Below are positions 48,701-57,609 of a DNA stretch of 64,000 nt, in pieces; position 1 is the first letter of the stretch; every line of letters begins with the position of its first letter. The notes below the pieces were generated by a model. That model saw nothing but the letters and a program-made list of their open reading frames with translations, was not told where the DNA came from and made no database searches. The DNA is taken from contig CAJOND010000011.1 of NCBI GenBank assembly GCA_905236675.1, positions 26,102-90,101 of the forward strand, in the 5' to 3' direction. The translations under genes and the position numbers were made by a program. This DNA comes from Candidatus Rifleibacteriota bacterium (GTDB lineage: Bacteria > Muiribacteriota > Ozemobacteria > Ozemobacterales > Ozemobacteraceae).

Positions 48701-49246
48701 CTCGGAACTCTGTTTAATCATTCTCCTTTCCAAGCCCTGGAAAACTTGATGCCAGAACTTAAAACTAACGAAGCTTTCCAAAAAATTCTTTTCTCTTATT
48801 CTAGAGATATACAAGAAATTGAATCAAAATGGGAAGCAATTGCTGAAAAAATTGCAATTAATCAATTCGGTAAAGCTAGATTCAAAGTAACTTTGCCAAA
48901 TTTGAAAATTGCTCCTATTGTTCCAGAAAATGAACGTATTTATATAAATGCTTCAAATCAGGTCGAATACGTTCCTCAAATTCTAATACCACGATTAAAT
49001 GCCCATTCTGATTTAAGCGATTTTTCTAATTGGGTTCCTTACTGTGACAGACTGATTTATTGGATGCTCGGAGATGATAGAGGTACAGGCTACACAGAGC
49101 CATCTCATCCTAAAGTTAAACTGGTATTTATTGATTCTTTGATTCCTGGTTTACGCTCAAAAGGTCTGCTAGATATAGTAGAAAGATTGCAACAGTTAGC
49201 AGTAGCCCATAACAGATTGCTAGATGTAAGAGCCGAAATAATATGA
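45710..49246 (+). CDS. GspE/PilB-family ATPase fused to a long C-terminal region with HTH-like segment and Trp-rich (DUF4046-like) repeats
   Basis: ASDIHVEP, PQDGR, GPTGAGKTT, LRQDPD, TGH.VLSTIHTN, CxxC..CxxC; then repeats ending FKAWQF/FKQWQF/FKPWQF. Confidence 0.85.
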   Translation: MPTPTTNKVSVENLLLQKNLITAEQLEKAKNIQSQTLEKLEDVIVRLGYLTEKQILEVWAEILGSTVVDLTNIKIDAKLLSLIPEYNAKQYRMIPYKKEGNKLTVVMADPFDIMATDMIAFLTQCKLEVFIASKNQIDLAIRQLYSWEGFSSGGDESIKSQEEPDLKDKGIDIEKKTSEQGAVVRFLDAVFKQAILKRASDIHVEPREEMLLVRFRIDGILHDAMTGPKSLLAPLISRIKILSHLDIAERRLPQDGRLKVKMQDNEVDFRVSTVPSLLGEKAVLRLLQRESKFDLDNIGFFPDDLKRLKSALDEPYGLILVTGPTGAGKTTTLFGMLKYFNNSEINIFTIENPVEYRISGITQVQINDKIGLDFATGLRTALRQDPDVILVGEIRDLETADIAFRASLTGHKVLSTIHTNNAPATINRLINMGVPAYLVTAAVRVVISQKLLHKNCPYCSTEYKPSPSVIQRLGISPAKIIGTKFYKGVGCRECNKTGIHGRIGVYEVMVVTNSIKNVIMEGGTENAIKRVARLEGMRTLRESALEVAMKGESTLEEVIYVTPTDEEEKTLSIPGLTSSGNYGNINSFIMPVQMPVQMPPQAMIQRDNQAQIPNIPTPNPSTQYNKPTLDLNDPVTKTIISAIEKNFLFLNDEKLADQLHLPVLQIKELMQAKGLERNAENFATHFGGEVSEFNESNIGEIIEMINAQEGEIPAFILADEKLAPLWVSQAVKVSLEKIKNKLTKPEDLVREFDESFIYNNNLGQVYEWANRSRFKLIELAMPGKFKAWQFGEIELWLESKDLQSCTREALMWLMNEKLQCNRGDLPSLLNKQVFIDNGLEALLDKYDGSCFRLVDQVYPGIFKQWQFTEEEQLLWFQENRMQIAAEATKWLIEDRLGIPYEDIPKRISVREFHMNGLSKLLDLFNQNLFQVIENAYPEQFKPWQFSEQNEIWKSSNSLEIAKQATQWLISEKLHITNEKAVTYLTRRHFISNGLGQMLGTLFNHSPFQALENLMPELKTNEAFQKILFSYSRDIQEIESKWEAIAEKIAINQFGKARFKVTLPNLKIAPIVPENERIYINASNQVEYVPQILIPRLNAHSDLSDFSNWVPYCDRLIYWMLGDDRGTGYTEPSHPKVKLVFIDSLIPGLRSKGLLDIVERLQQLAVAHNRLLDVRAEII
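47477..47512 (+). repeat. 12-bp tandem repeat encoding the MPVQMPVQMPPQ linker
   Basis: atgccagttcaa x2 + atgccgcctcaa. Confidence 0.8.
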
Positions 49247-49428
49247 GTGAAACAAAACTTAAATTAAGAACTAACAAAGCAGAACAGCCAAAAGAAATAG
49301 TAATTATTCAGCATGTGAATCGTACGTTTTCTTTTCCTTTATGGGTTCCTATACTAGGTTTAGTTATTTATTTCGTAGGAGAAATATTGTTTTTTATAAA
49401 AGCAAATTTCCCTAAATTTAAAATATAG
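49243..49428 (+). CDS. Small single-TM membrane protein
   Basis: ATGA overlap with the upstream ATPase; hydrophobic segment LWVPILGLVIYFVGEILFFI. Confidence 0.6.
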   Translation: MSETKLKLRTNKAEQPKEIVIIQHVNRTFSFPLWVPILGLVIYFVGEILFFIKANFPKFKI

Positions 49429-49446
49429 TTTCTTTAATGAAATTAG

Positions 49447-49484
49447 AAAAAATAGTTTAGTATAAACGTACTAAACTATTTTTT
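49447..49484. terminator. Bidirectional intrinsic terminator
   Basis: aaaaaatagtttagta-loop-tactaaactatttttt between convergent genes. Confidence 0.8.
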
Positions 49485-50017
49485 TATTCGATTTCATTAG
49501 CTTTTCTTTTTTCAGCTTCTTTAGATTCTATGTAAAAAGATTTAATACGACCAGGCCTATAAATTCTCTGTCTTATTAATTCTTCATCACTTGGCTCTTC
49601 ATCTTCTGCTATATTATTAGTAATACTTGCAGTTGTTTCAGAAGCAAGCCTATTCACTGCTTCAATTATATTTGTTGCTGTTGCCAGTTCTGGAACATCT
49701 TTTAATGATTGAATAGAAGAACTTGATTTATTTTCTTGAATACTAACAGTATCACTGCCTGTTTCTTTACTCGTCTTGGTGGCTTTTTTACGTAACTCAG
49801 AAAAATCTGGAAGTTTTGGTTTGAAACCTTTGCCTCTTTTGGATTCTAAAGTCGTAATCTTACCTGTTTCAGGATCTTTAGGACCATCAAATTCAGAAAA
49901 AGATGATTTTTTTTCAAATTTTACATCATCCATCCATTTAGGAAATTTATTTTGAGCCAGAACCAATGAATTAGCAACAAAAAACAATATAATAAGAAAA
50001 TAATAATGAATCTTCAT
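49484..50017 (-). CDS. Exported hypothetical protein
   Basis: Signal peptide MKIHYYFLIILFFVANSLVLA; AGGTG RBS. Confidence 0.7.
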   Translation of the reverse strand: MKIHYYFLIILFFVANSLVLAQNKFPKWMDDVKFEKKSSFSEFDGPKDPETGKITTLESKRGKGFKPKLPDFSELRKKATKTSKETGSDTVSIQENKSSSSIQSLKDVPELATATNIIEAVNRLASETTASITNNIAEDEEPSDEELIRQRIYRPGRIKSFYIESKEAEKRKANEIE

Positions 50018-50276
50018 AAAGAATCACCTATTAATATAGCAAATGATATAAATCAAACTTTCACTAAATATAACATACTTTGGTATGGTTCTAAATGCAA
50101 TACAACAACAATAAAAACCAAAGAAGCGTAGCTTCTAAAAACTAAACTAATTTAATGGTATAAGGCACAGGGCCGTCCTAAAGCCCTCTTCCCTTCTCCC
50201 TCATCTCTCTTCCCTCAAAGAAAGAACGAAAAATTCTTTCTTAAATAAAAATTTGAAAAAATAAAGAGGATTATAT

Positions 50277-53200
50277 ATGAAACAAAAGTTACTATTTTTT
50301 GTTCTTTCTTTGGCGGCGATAGCCGCAATCATTGGTTGTCACTGTGGTGGTCACGCACCATACATAAATCTTCGAGAAGAAGGAGATAGGCAAATCATCA
50401 CTATTGAACGTGAAGTTGGCGAAAATGGCAGATTTGCTGATATTATATTCCCCTCTGGTGCGATAATTAAGTGCACATCTGACCACACAATGAAAAAAGG
50501 CACAAAAGTTAGTGTGACAGAAAGAAAAACAACTAACAATGCCGGTTTTGCTGATGAAACCCCGGCTTATATATATGATATAACGGCTAAATTGTTCACT
50601 GGAGACGCATTGAACGGAGTATTCTCTGTAAACACTCTTGAAAAACCTCTTTCTGTGACTCTTCCAAATAATAGCAATACAGGTTTGTGCTATCTTGGAA
50701 CAAGAGCTAGTGAAACCGACCCCTGGCGTTATGCTCTTGCAACAGAAAGCGGCCAAGCAAATGCAAGATTTATAAGACTTTCATCCTCTACAATTAAAAC
50801 TCCGACCTTTGAACTTTACAGGTTGGGTATTCAGTCTGCTTTATTTGTCTTCAACAAGAGTGAAAATAAAGCAGAAGTTGATGCTGTCGAAATTTCCTCT
50901 GAAAATGTTGCTAAGAAAGATGACAAATATGCTGACAAGCTTATTGTTAAAATGGTTGTAGAAGGAGAAGACCTCAGCTATTTAAGTTCTGAAAACCTTG
51001 TTGCAAGAATTACTTATAGAACAAATACCCCTAAGGGCGCTGATTTAGATTTTATTTACAATAAGATAGACAGAGATGACAAAGCTGTTTCTGGCAAACA
51101 GGAACATTCTTTTGAAATCAATAACTTAATGCAGGGTATCATTGTTGGGAATAAAATGGATATAAGTTTTGTTCTTTATATTCACGACATCAGCTTAGAA
51201 GATTTTCCGACCACTTTCTTAATAGAATTCTATTCTGCAAGTTTTAACGAAAAAATTCTGCCATTCTGCTATACGCAGGTTTTCAATTTTGAAATCCAAG
51301 AACAAGAACCCCCAAGCCCGCCTACACCAACTGAAACCTATACTATAACCATAGACCTTAACGGCGGAATTCTTGATAAAACAACAATAGAATATACTGC
51401 AGAAACAGAAAGTTTTGATCTTCCAACACCAACCAAAGAAGGTTATGAATTTTTAGGTTGGACTGGTTCAGAAACTACCGTTCCTCTAACACCTATGACC
51501 ATAAAACAAGGCTCAACTGGTAACAAAACTTTTACCGCTAATTGGAGCTTAATAGACTATAGCATAACCTATAACAATGTTTCTGGTTGCACATTTGCTA
51601 CTGCTAACCCGACAAACTATAACATTGAGTCTGATGAGATTACTCTTTCCAACCCGACCAAAGCTAACGACACCTTCACTGGCTGGACTTATGAAGGCCA
51701 GACAACACCTCAGTTAGAAGTAAAAATACCAAAAGGTTCTACAGGAGATAAAATCTTCAATGCTAACTGGAAAAAATACGCTGTTGTTAGCTTAAAGTCT
51801 GTTGCTACCGACTTTCCTATAGATGGTCAGATTCAATTGGAATTCGATAAAGATATTGCTTGGCAAGACTCTTTCAAGGACTGCATAACAATCACCCCAA
51901 TTACACCAAACATACCAACCATAACCATCAACTCATGTTCTTACAGCAATAAGATACTAACGCTGACTCTTTCAGAAAATCTCAAATATAACTCTCAATA
52001 TCAAATTGCTGTTGCTGGAATTGAAAATGTTTGTGACAATAATATGACTTTCACGACTGTCGCTTGGGCTGTGACACCGCAAATTTCCAGCCAAACAAGC
52101 GATATAACTAAGGTTAATGGGGTTGACAGACTTGTTTTACAACCCACTTTCACTATTGATTATGGAAAGAAAGTGCTGAACCAGACAGCTGCTAAGAATA
52201 ATATCAAATTTAATGATGCTGCTCTGCCTAATTCATGTAATATTGTTTTTGATGAAGATGGGAAAATTGCAACACTGACTTTTACAGCTAATCTTAATGT
52301 ATTCTCAGATTACTCTCTTAGCTTAGAAGGGTTTGTCGATGATGACAATGCTACTATAAACGCTCAAAATTTGAGTTTCAAGACTGTTCCACCTGAAGAC
52401 ATAACTGGCGAAGGCACTTTAAGCAGTCCTTACCTGATTTATACTCAGGCTCATCTTAACAAGCTTAGGGATAATGCTTACCTAAAGACTGGTAAGTATT
52501 TTAAGCAGATGGATAACATTGTTATGACTGGCGACTGGACTCCTATAGGTTCAGATTTTTACCCGTTCAGCGGTTTTTATGATGGGAATAATCTTAAAAT
52601 CACTGGTTTAACTATTCAAACTGGCAATGATTACGCTGGTTTATTTTCTGTTATAGGTTCTAGTAGCAAATCTAAAATAGAAAATCTGAAACTAGAAAAT
52701 GTTAATATAAATGGTAAGAATTATGTTGGTGCTCTGAGTGGTTATATAAATAATGCAGATATTACCAATATTCATGTTATAGGAGAAAAAATAAGCATCA
52801 TAGGTGATTATCAATATATAGGCGGTCTGGCTGGGGAATGCAGAGGTGTTAATATTGCTAGTTGTTCTGTTGATTCACCCAATGGATTAGTATATGGTGG
52901 AGATACAGGGTTCGATATTGGTGGTTTGATTGGTTTAACTACTACTTCTAAAAGCACTATTTCAGGTTCTTTTGTTTCTGTTAAAATTCAAGGGAATACA
53001 TATGTCGGTGGTTTGGTTGGGAATATGGAATATTGTGATGTTAAAAACTCCTATTCTGATTCAAACTTAACTGTCTTAGGAGTTAATTCAAGCGATATTG
53101 GCGGTCTTATTGGTTATATGAATAATGATTATTCCTCATTTAATAACTGCTATGCAAAAATGGCCTATGGTTCAGGGTCAGATAGTTACGGATGTTGTCT

Positions 53201-53474
53201 TGTTGGATATATAGATTCAAATCCTTTTGAAAATAGTATTAATAATTTTGCATGGAGGAGTGAACTTCCTATTAATAGTACGAAAATTTTGTATGTATTT
53301 GGGGACGAAATGAGTCCAGAAGATGGGAAAGACTCAACTAGAAACAACTATTTCTCCAATGGCTACCCCTCTGAAGATTTAACTGGAGCCAATTGGATGG
53401 CTTGGAACTCCGAAGTATGGGATAACCAAACTCCTGGCAGTTGGCCGAAACTGAAGTGGCAGTCAGGAAACTGA
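50277..53474 (+). CDS. Large surface lipoprotein with InlB B-repeat (Flg_new)-like, Ig-like and GLUG-type domains
   Basis: Lipobox IIG|C; two YTIT..LNGG...P.K.GY.F.GW...A.W repeats; G.GT...PYLI, WTPIG....F.G.YDG, VGGLVG/IGGLIG. Confidence 0.82.
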   Translation: MKQKLLFFVLSLAAIAAIIGCHCGGHAPYINLREEGDRQIITIEREVGENGRFADIIFPSGAIIKCTSDHTMKKGTKVSVTERKTTNNAGFADETPAYIYDITAKLFTGDALNGVFSVNTLEKPLSVTLPNNSNTGLCYLGTRASETDPWRYALATESGQANARFIRLSSSTIKTPTFELYRLGIQSALFVFNKSENKAEVDAVEISSENVAKKDDKYADKLIVKMVVEGEDLSYLSSENLVARITYRTNTPKGADLDFIYNKIDRDDKAVSGKQEHSFEINNLMQGIIVGNKMDISFVLYIHDISLEDFPTTFLIEFYSASFNEKILPFCYTQVFNFEIQEQEPPSPPTPTETYTITIDLNGGILDKTTIEYTAETESFDLPTPTKEGYEFLGWTGSETTVPLTPMTIKQGSTGNKTFTANWSLIDYSITYNNVSGCTFATANPTNYNIESDEITLSNPTKANDTFTGWTYEGQTTPQLEVKIPKGSTGDKIFNANWKKYAVVSLKSVATDFPIDGQIQLEFDKDIAWQDSFKDCITITPITPNIPTITINSCSYSNKILTLTLSENLKYNSQYQIAVAGIENVCDNNMTFTTVAWAVTPQISSQTSDITKVNGVDRLVLQPTFTIDYGKKVLNQTAAKNNIKFNDAALPNSCNIVFDEDGKIATLTFTANLNVFSDYSLSLEGFVDDDNATINAQNLSFKTVPPEDITGEGTLSSPYLIYTQAHLNKLRDNAYLKTGKYFKQMDNIVMTGDWTPIGSDFYPFSGFYDGNNLKITGLTIQTGNDYAGLFSVIGSSSKSKIENLKLENVNINGKNYVGALSGYINNADITNIHVIGEKISIIGDYQYIGGLAGECRGVNIASCSVDSPNGLVYGGDTGFDIGGLIGLTTTSKSTISGSFVSVKIQGNTYVGGLVGNMEYCDVKNSYSDSNLTVLGVNSSDIGGLIGYMNNDYSSFNNCYAKMAYGSGSDSYGCCLVGYIDSNPFENSINNFAWRSELPINSTKILYVFGDEMSPEDGKDSTRNNYFSNGYPSEDLTGANWMAWNSEVWDNQTPGSWPKLKWQSGN

Positions 53475-53494
53475 AGTGGCAGTCAGGAAACTGA
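53447..53494 (+). repeat. Perfect 20-bp tandem duplication spanning the stop codon
   Basis: gaaactgaagtggcagtcag x2 + gaaactga. Confidence 0.9.
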
Positions 53495-53524
53495 GAATTG
53501 AGAGGGAAAGCTTTGCTTTGCTAG

Positions 53525-53559
53525 AAAAAACGCCTGAATTAATTCAGGCGTTTTTTTTT
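53525..53559 (+). terminator. Intrinsic terminator
   Basis: aaaaaacgcctgaat-ta-attcaggcgttttttttt. Confidence 0.9.
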
Positions 53560-53577
53560 ATCTAACTACAATAAAAA

Positions 53578-53606
53578 CTAAATAAATTCCAAACTCTTGT
53601 CGAAGA
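53578..53606 (+). promoter_or_regulatory. Putative sigma28-type promoter for fliW-csrA
   Basis: CTAAA-N16-GTCGAAGA, same spacing as the flgL promoter. Confidence 0.55.
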
Positions 53607-53740
53607 TAAAGATATGACTGACGCTATCATTCAGTATGCTGAATGGGAAACTGTCTATCAAATTTCGTTTTCTTTTTGAAACGAAATTGATGCAGACATC
53701 TTAGTTAGATTTTCTATGATGTAAGGAAGAATGAGGATTT

Positions 53741-54235
53741 ATGAAGATTTCTACCTCAAGGTTTGGAACAATTGACGTAAGCGAAGAAGAAATAGTCCGC
53801 TTTGAAGAAGGTCTATTAGGTTTCGGAGATTATCACAGGTATGTGATTCTCAACGCTTCTGAAAAGAATTCTCCTTTCAGGTGGCTACAATGCTTAGATG
53901 ATGGCAATCTTGCATTTGTCATTATTGAACCTCTGAATTTCATGTTTGAATATGATATAGAAATTTCAGATTCTGATCAGGAATTTGTAGGACTTACCAG
54001 AGGTGAGGATGCAATTCTTTATGCAATTGTTTCTATTCCAGCAAATCCTCAAAACATGACAGCAAATTTACAAGGACCGCTGCTTATAAATGTGGTTAAC
54101 CGCAAGGGAAGACAGATTATATCCAGCAATCCTAAACATCAAATAAAGACGAAGATTTTGGACGAAATGCAGATTCGGGCTAGGAAGCTTCAAGAGCTGA
54201 ATAAGTCTTTAAACCCTAAAGAAAAGGGGGAATAA
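53741..54235 (+). CDS. fliW: Flagellar assembly factor FliW
   Basis: [33 protein letters not shown]. Confidence 0.95.
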   Translation: MKISTSRFGTIDVSEEEIVRFEEGLLGFGDYHRYVILNASEKNSPFRWLQCLDDGNLAFVIIEPLNFMFEYDIEISDSDQEFVGLTRGEDAILYAIVSIPANPQNMTANLQGPLLINVVNRKGRQIISSNPKHQIKTKILDEMQIRARKLQELNKSLNPKEKGE

Positions 54236-54240
54236 AGCAA

Positions 54241-54513
54241 ATGCTCGTATTAACCCGAAAAATCAACGAAAAGATTGTAATTGGCGATGATATCGAGATT
54301 GTTTTGGTTGATATAACCAAAGATCAAGTGAAAATCGGTATAAACGCCCCTAGAAATGTTAAGGTACACCGTTGGGAAGTTTACGAAGAAATTCAAAAAG
54401 AAAATAGAGAAGCGGCTCAAATGCCAAGTTTGGATCCATTAGCAAACTTACCGATGGATTTCTTAAAAAATTTAGGAAAAAAAGATATTGTAGTAAAAAA
54501 ACGCAAAAAATGA
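54241..54513 (+). CDS. csrA: Carbon storage regulator CsrA
   Basis: [30 protein letters not shown]. Confidence 0.96.
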   Translation: MLVLTRKINEKIVIGDDIEIVLVDITKDQVKIGINAPRNVKVHRWEVYEEIQKENREAAQMPSLDPLANLPMDFLKNLGKKDIVVKKRKK

Positions 54514-54565
54514 AGCTTTTTGTAGATTTTTGCTAATAATTGGTCATATCTGTCGGAAATCAGGT

Positions 54566-54670
54566 TAAGAGTAGAGATAATTATTTTCCGATAGGAAAGA
54601 TATACGGGGGATAAGGCGATTAAGCTTAGAAGGATTCAACATCCCCTAACATAATTCATGGAGGCAAACC
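54566..54670 (+). promoter_or_regulatory. Putative sigma28 promoter and CsrA-site-containing leader of flagellin
   Basis: -10-like TCCGATAG at 54587; leader stem ggggat...atcccc enclosing AAGGA, second GGA in the RBS (ATGGAGG). Confidence 0.5.
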
Positions 54671-54671
54671 A

Positions 54672-57356
54672 ATGAGTCTACGTATTAACTCTAATGTTAC
54701 TGCAATGACCGCTCATGGTAATCTGGTAACTAACGATTCCAGATTGTCTACTTCAATTGAAAAGCTGTCATCAGGGCTTAGAATCAATCGTGCCGCAGAC
54801 GATGCTGCTGGTCTTACCATTTCAGAAAAATTAAAGACCCAGATCCGCGGTATAGCTCGTGCACAACAGAATGTTCAGGATGGTATCAGTCTCATCCAGA
54901 CAGCAGAAGGTGCACTTAACGAAACACACAGTATGTTACAGCGTATGCGTGAACTGGCTATTCAGTCAGGCAACGATACTCTCACCACTACTGACCGTCT
55001 CGAAATCCAAAAAGAAATCGCTCAGCTCAAGGAAGATATTGACCGTATCGCTAACGATACTGAATACAATACTAAAAAACTCCTTGACGGCACTGGAACC
55101 GCTGCTATTTCAACCAGCGACCCAGCTAATCTTACTGGTATCGCTTGCGGTACTGTACTAACATTTTCAGACTTTTCCGTAACCGTTATGGTAAAACAGG
55201 AAGTTATTCCTGGTATTGGTTACAAAAGCTATGACGGTGTTGCTGAAGTTCAGCGCTCTGCTATATTCACAACTGTAGACGGTGAAATAGCAAGCTCATC
55301 TACTACACTTCAGTCTATTGCGAACTTTTATGACGCAGAAGGCAATTTCATTCTTGACCTTCCACAAACCCTTTATCTCCAAGGCGACAACCATCAAGGC
55401 ACCTGTACTGTAAGTAAAGATCTCACTCTTGCTCAGTTAACTGAACGCATTGAAGCTATGGCTACTGCTGACCAGCTTGACAAAGGCTTGCACTTCGAAG
55501 GTTCTACTGCAAAATTAGAACTTTCTGGCGACAACAATGGTCAGATTACTGTAGTTTCTGGTAGAACCGGAGAAGTTGGCAGAATCAATTTCACTGGTAG
55601 TGAAGATCTTGTAAAAGCTCTTGGTTTTGAAGATGTAATCAAAGCAGAAGACCCTGTTTATTCTGTTGCTGTTACAAACCTTGGTGTTGAATATGGCGCT
55701 CGCAAGACTTTGACTACACAGGTTTCAGGTAATCGTGCTTCCGGTCTTATCGAAGGCATCGACCTTTTCTATGAACCTCCGCAGTCTGCAAAGGTAACCA
55801 CTCAGGAATCTTACGTTGGCGTTGAAATTAAAAACGATATTACTTTTGATATTAACGATTCTGTAGACTCTGCTTTTGGCGGTCTTGGAGCTCCTGTAAC
55901 AATTACTGTTCCTGCGGGTAATTATAGTATGGAACAGGTAGCCGAAATGGTTAATGCTCAGATTATTGATGCTTACGGTGGAAATACTCCATTGATAACC
56001 TGTTCTATTAACGACCATTATTCAATTCAATTCACTTCAGTTAATACAGGTTCTGCTGGTTGGGTAAGTATTCAGAATACTACTCCTGCTGGAACAAACG
56101 AACTTGGTCTTACAAATGGTACTTATCATGGCACTGGCGGCGGTTCTGCCTACTATGTAGCAGACTTAGCCAACAATGGTTTGATTCAGGACTGGGATTA
56201 TGCATCTAATAATGTTCAGTTTAAAATCGAAGATATGCATGGCAATTCTGTTGATATAACTCTTGATCAGGATTACACTTTGTTAACTGCTCAGGATATA
56301 GCTAATGACATCAATTCTCAGATAGGTACAAATTCTGCACCAAGTTCTATGTCGGTTAAAGCAGAAGTTATAAATGGTGTTCTTTCATTCCGTTCTACAG
56401 AAACCGGTTATAATTCAGGTTTTTCACTAACCGATACTGCTAATCTCAATAAACTTCAGATGAGTGAAGGGCAATATTACAATGGTGTTGACGGCAATGT
56501 TGCCAACCAGGACTTTGCCTATACTCAGTCAGCTTCTAGCTATGGTTTCACTGTAGCCGGAACTTCTCCGACAGATGATCTTGTGTTTACAATTGCAGAC
56601 CTTGACGGCACTGCAATGCAGATAACAATTCCCGCTGGTGATGCAGGTTACGAAATTGATCCTGCAACAGGAGGTTTAAATGCTGGTCCTAGCAGTGGTT
56701 CTTCCTTTGTATCTGCTACTTATATTGTTTCGGAAATTAATAAAGCAGCTAATGCTGCTGGCTGCAAAATACACGCAGAATTCGATACATTGAGTAAAAG
56801 AATTAAATTGGTTTCTGATGTAACTGGTAAAGAAGGAAAGATTGTTATCACCGATAACAGCGAACCACCTAGCCAGAACAATCTCAGAACTGTATTTGAT
56901 GTTGAGCAGGCCACTTACATGAACGGTATAGGCCAGACTGCTTACACAATGCATGTTAAAGATACTTCAATCACTTTCCAGATTGGTCCAAACGAAGGTG
57001 CTACTGCTACATGTAATATCACTAGAATGGACGTTAGAGCTCTTGGAATTGAAGATCTTGACCTCACTACCAGAGAATCTGCCAATCGTGCAATAGGTAT
57101 TGTAGATAACGCTTTGCAGATTGTTTCTTCAGAACGTGCAAAACTTGGCGCCATTCAGAACCGAATGGAATACACCAGCAATTCTCTTGCTGTAGCAAGT
57201 GAAAATATGACCAACGCTCAGTCTCGTATAGCTGATGTTGATATGGCTTCTGAAGTCATTGAAATGACATCCGCCCAAATCTTGCAGCAAGCAAGTAACG
57301 CTATGGTTGCTCAAGCTAATACTGCAGCACAGACTGTTCTCCAGCTATTGAGATAA
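54672..57356 (+). CDS. fliC: Flagellin, giant (894 aa)
   Basis: MSLRINSN, LSSGLRINRAADDAAGL, QTAEGAL, LQRMRELAIQ; C-terminal FQIG.N, RAKLGAIQNR, SRIADVDMA, VLQLLR. Confidence 0.97.
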   Translation: MSLRINSNVTAMTAHGNLVTNDSRLSTSIEKLSSGLRINRAADDAAGLTISEKLKTQIRGIARAQQNVQDGISLIQTAEGALNETHSMLQRMRELAIQSGNDTLTTTDRLEIQKEIAQLKEDIDRIANDTEYNTKKLLDGTGTAAISTSDPANLTGIACGTVLTFSDFSVTVMVKQEVIPGIGYKSYDGVAEVQRSAIFTTVDGEIASSSTTLQSIANFYDAEGNFILDLPQTLYLQGDNHQGTCTVSKDLTLAQLTERIEAMATADQLDKGLHFEGSTAKLELSGDNNGQITVVSGRTGEVGRINFTGSEDLVKALGFEDVIKAEDPVYSVAVTNLGVEYGARKTLTTQVSGNRASGLIEGIDLFYEPPQSAKVTTQESYVGVEIKNDITFDINDSVDSAFGGLGAPVTITVPAGNYSMEQVAEMVNAQIIDAYGGNTPLITCSINDHYSIQFTSVNTGSAGWVSIQNTTPAGTNELGLTNGTYHGTGGGSAYYVADLANNGLIQDWDYASNNVQFKIEDMHGNSVDITLDQDYTLLTAQDIANDINSQIGTNSAPSSMSVKAEVINGVLSFRSTETGYNSGFSLTDTANLNKLQMSEGQYYNGVDGNVANQDFAYTQSASSYGFTVAGTSPTDDLVFTIADLDGTAMQITIPAGDAGYEIDPATGGLNAGPSSGSSFVSATYIVSEINKAANAAGCKIHAEFDTLSKRIKLVSDVTGKEGKIVITDNSEPPSQNNLRTVFDVEQATYMNGIGQTAYTMHVKDTSITFQIGPNEGATATCNITRMDVRALGIEDLDLTTRESANRAIGIVDNALQIVSSERAKLGAIQNRMEYTSNSLAVASENMTNAQSRIADVDMASEVIEMTSAQILQQASNAMVAQANTAAQTVLQLLR

Positions 57357-57435
57357 CAGCTAATCTTATGAAACTCATTAAACCGAATTGATCGTTAGCT
57401 TTTCGGTTTGACTCAAAAATTTAGGTTTGCATCCA

Positions 57436-57463
57436 GCCACCCGGGTAGGGTGGCATTTTTTTT
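57436..57463 (+). terminator. Intrinsic terminator after flagellin
   Basis: gccaccc-gggta-gggtggc-atttttttt. Confidence 0.85.
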
Positions 57464-57470
57464 GCAAATT

Positions 57471-57511
57471 CATTAGTCTTTAAAAGAGTTATGGCAATCC
57501 ATAAAAGATTT
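57471..57511. repeat. Degenerate third copy of the palindromic element
   Basis: agtctttaaaagagttatggcaatccataa aligns by eye at 23/30 nt with agcctctgaaagatgtgtggcaatccagaa in tsaB. Confidence 0.5.
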
Positions 57512-57546
57512 TAAATGCTTTTTCCATGTTAGCCCAAGCCAAAATA

Positions 57547-57576
57547 TTGACTATTAGCAAAATTAATTGTAGGCTA
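57547..57576 (+). promoter_or_regulatory. Putative promoter of the DUF2760-Hsp70 operon
   Basis: TTGACT-N17-TAGGCT; a near-identical motif occurs at 60975. Confidence 0.5.
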
Positions 57577-57609
57577 TAATAATTGTAGACTACTACTCAG
57601 AGGTTTTTA

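Noticed and set aside
50277-53474. Possible diversity-generating retroelement target
   Set aside because: No reverse transcriptase and no template/variable repeat pair with adenine-specific mismatches visible.
53447-53494. 20-bp direct repeat as a CRISPR array
   Set aside because: Copies are adjacent with no spacers, and there are no cas genes in the window.
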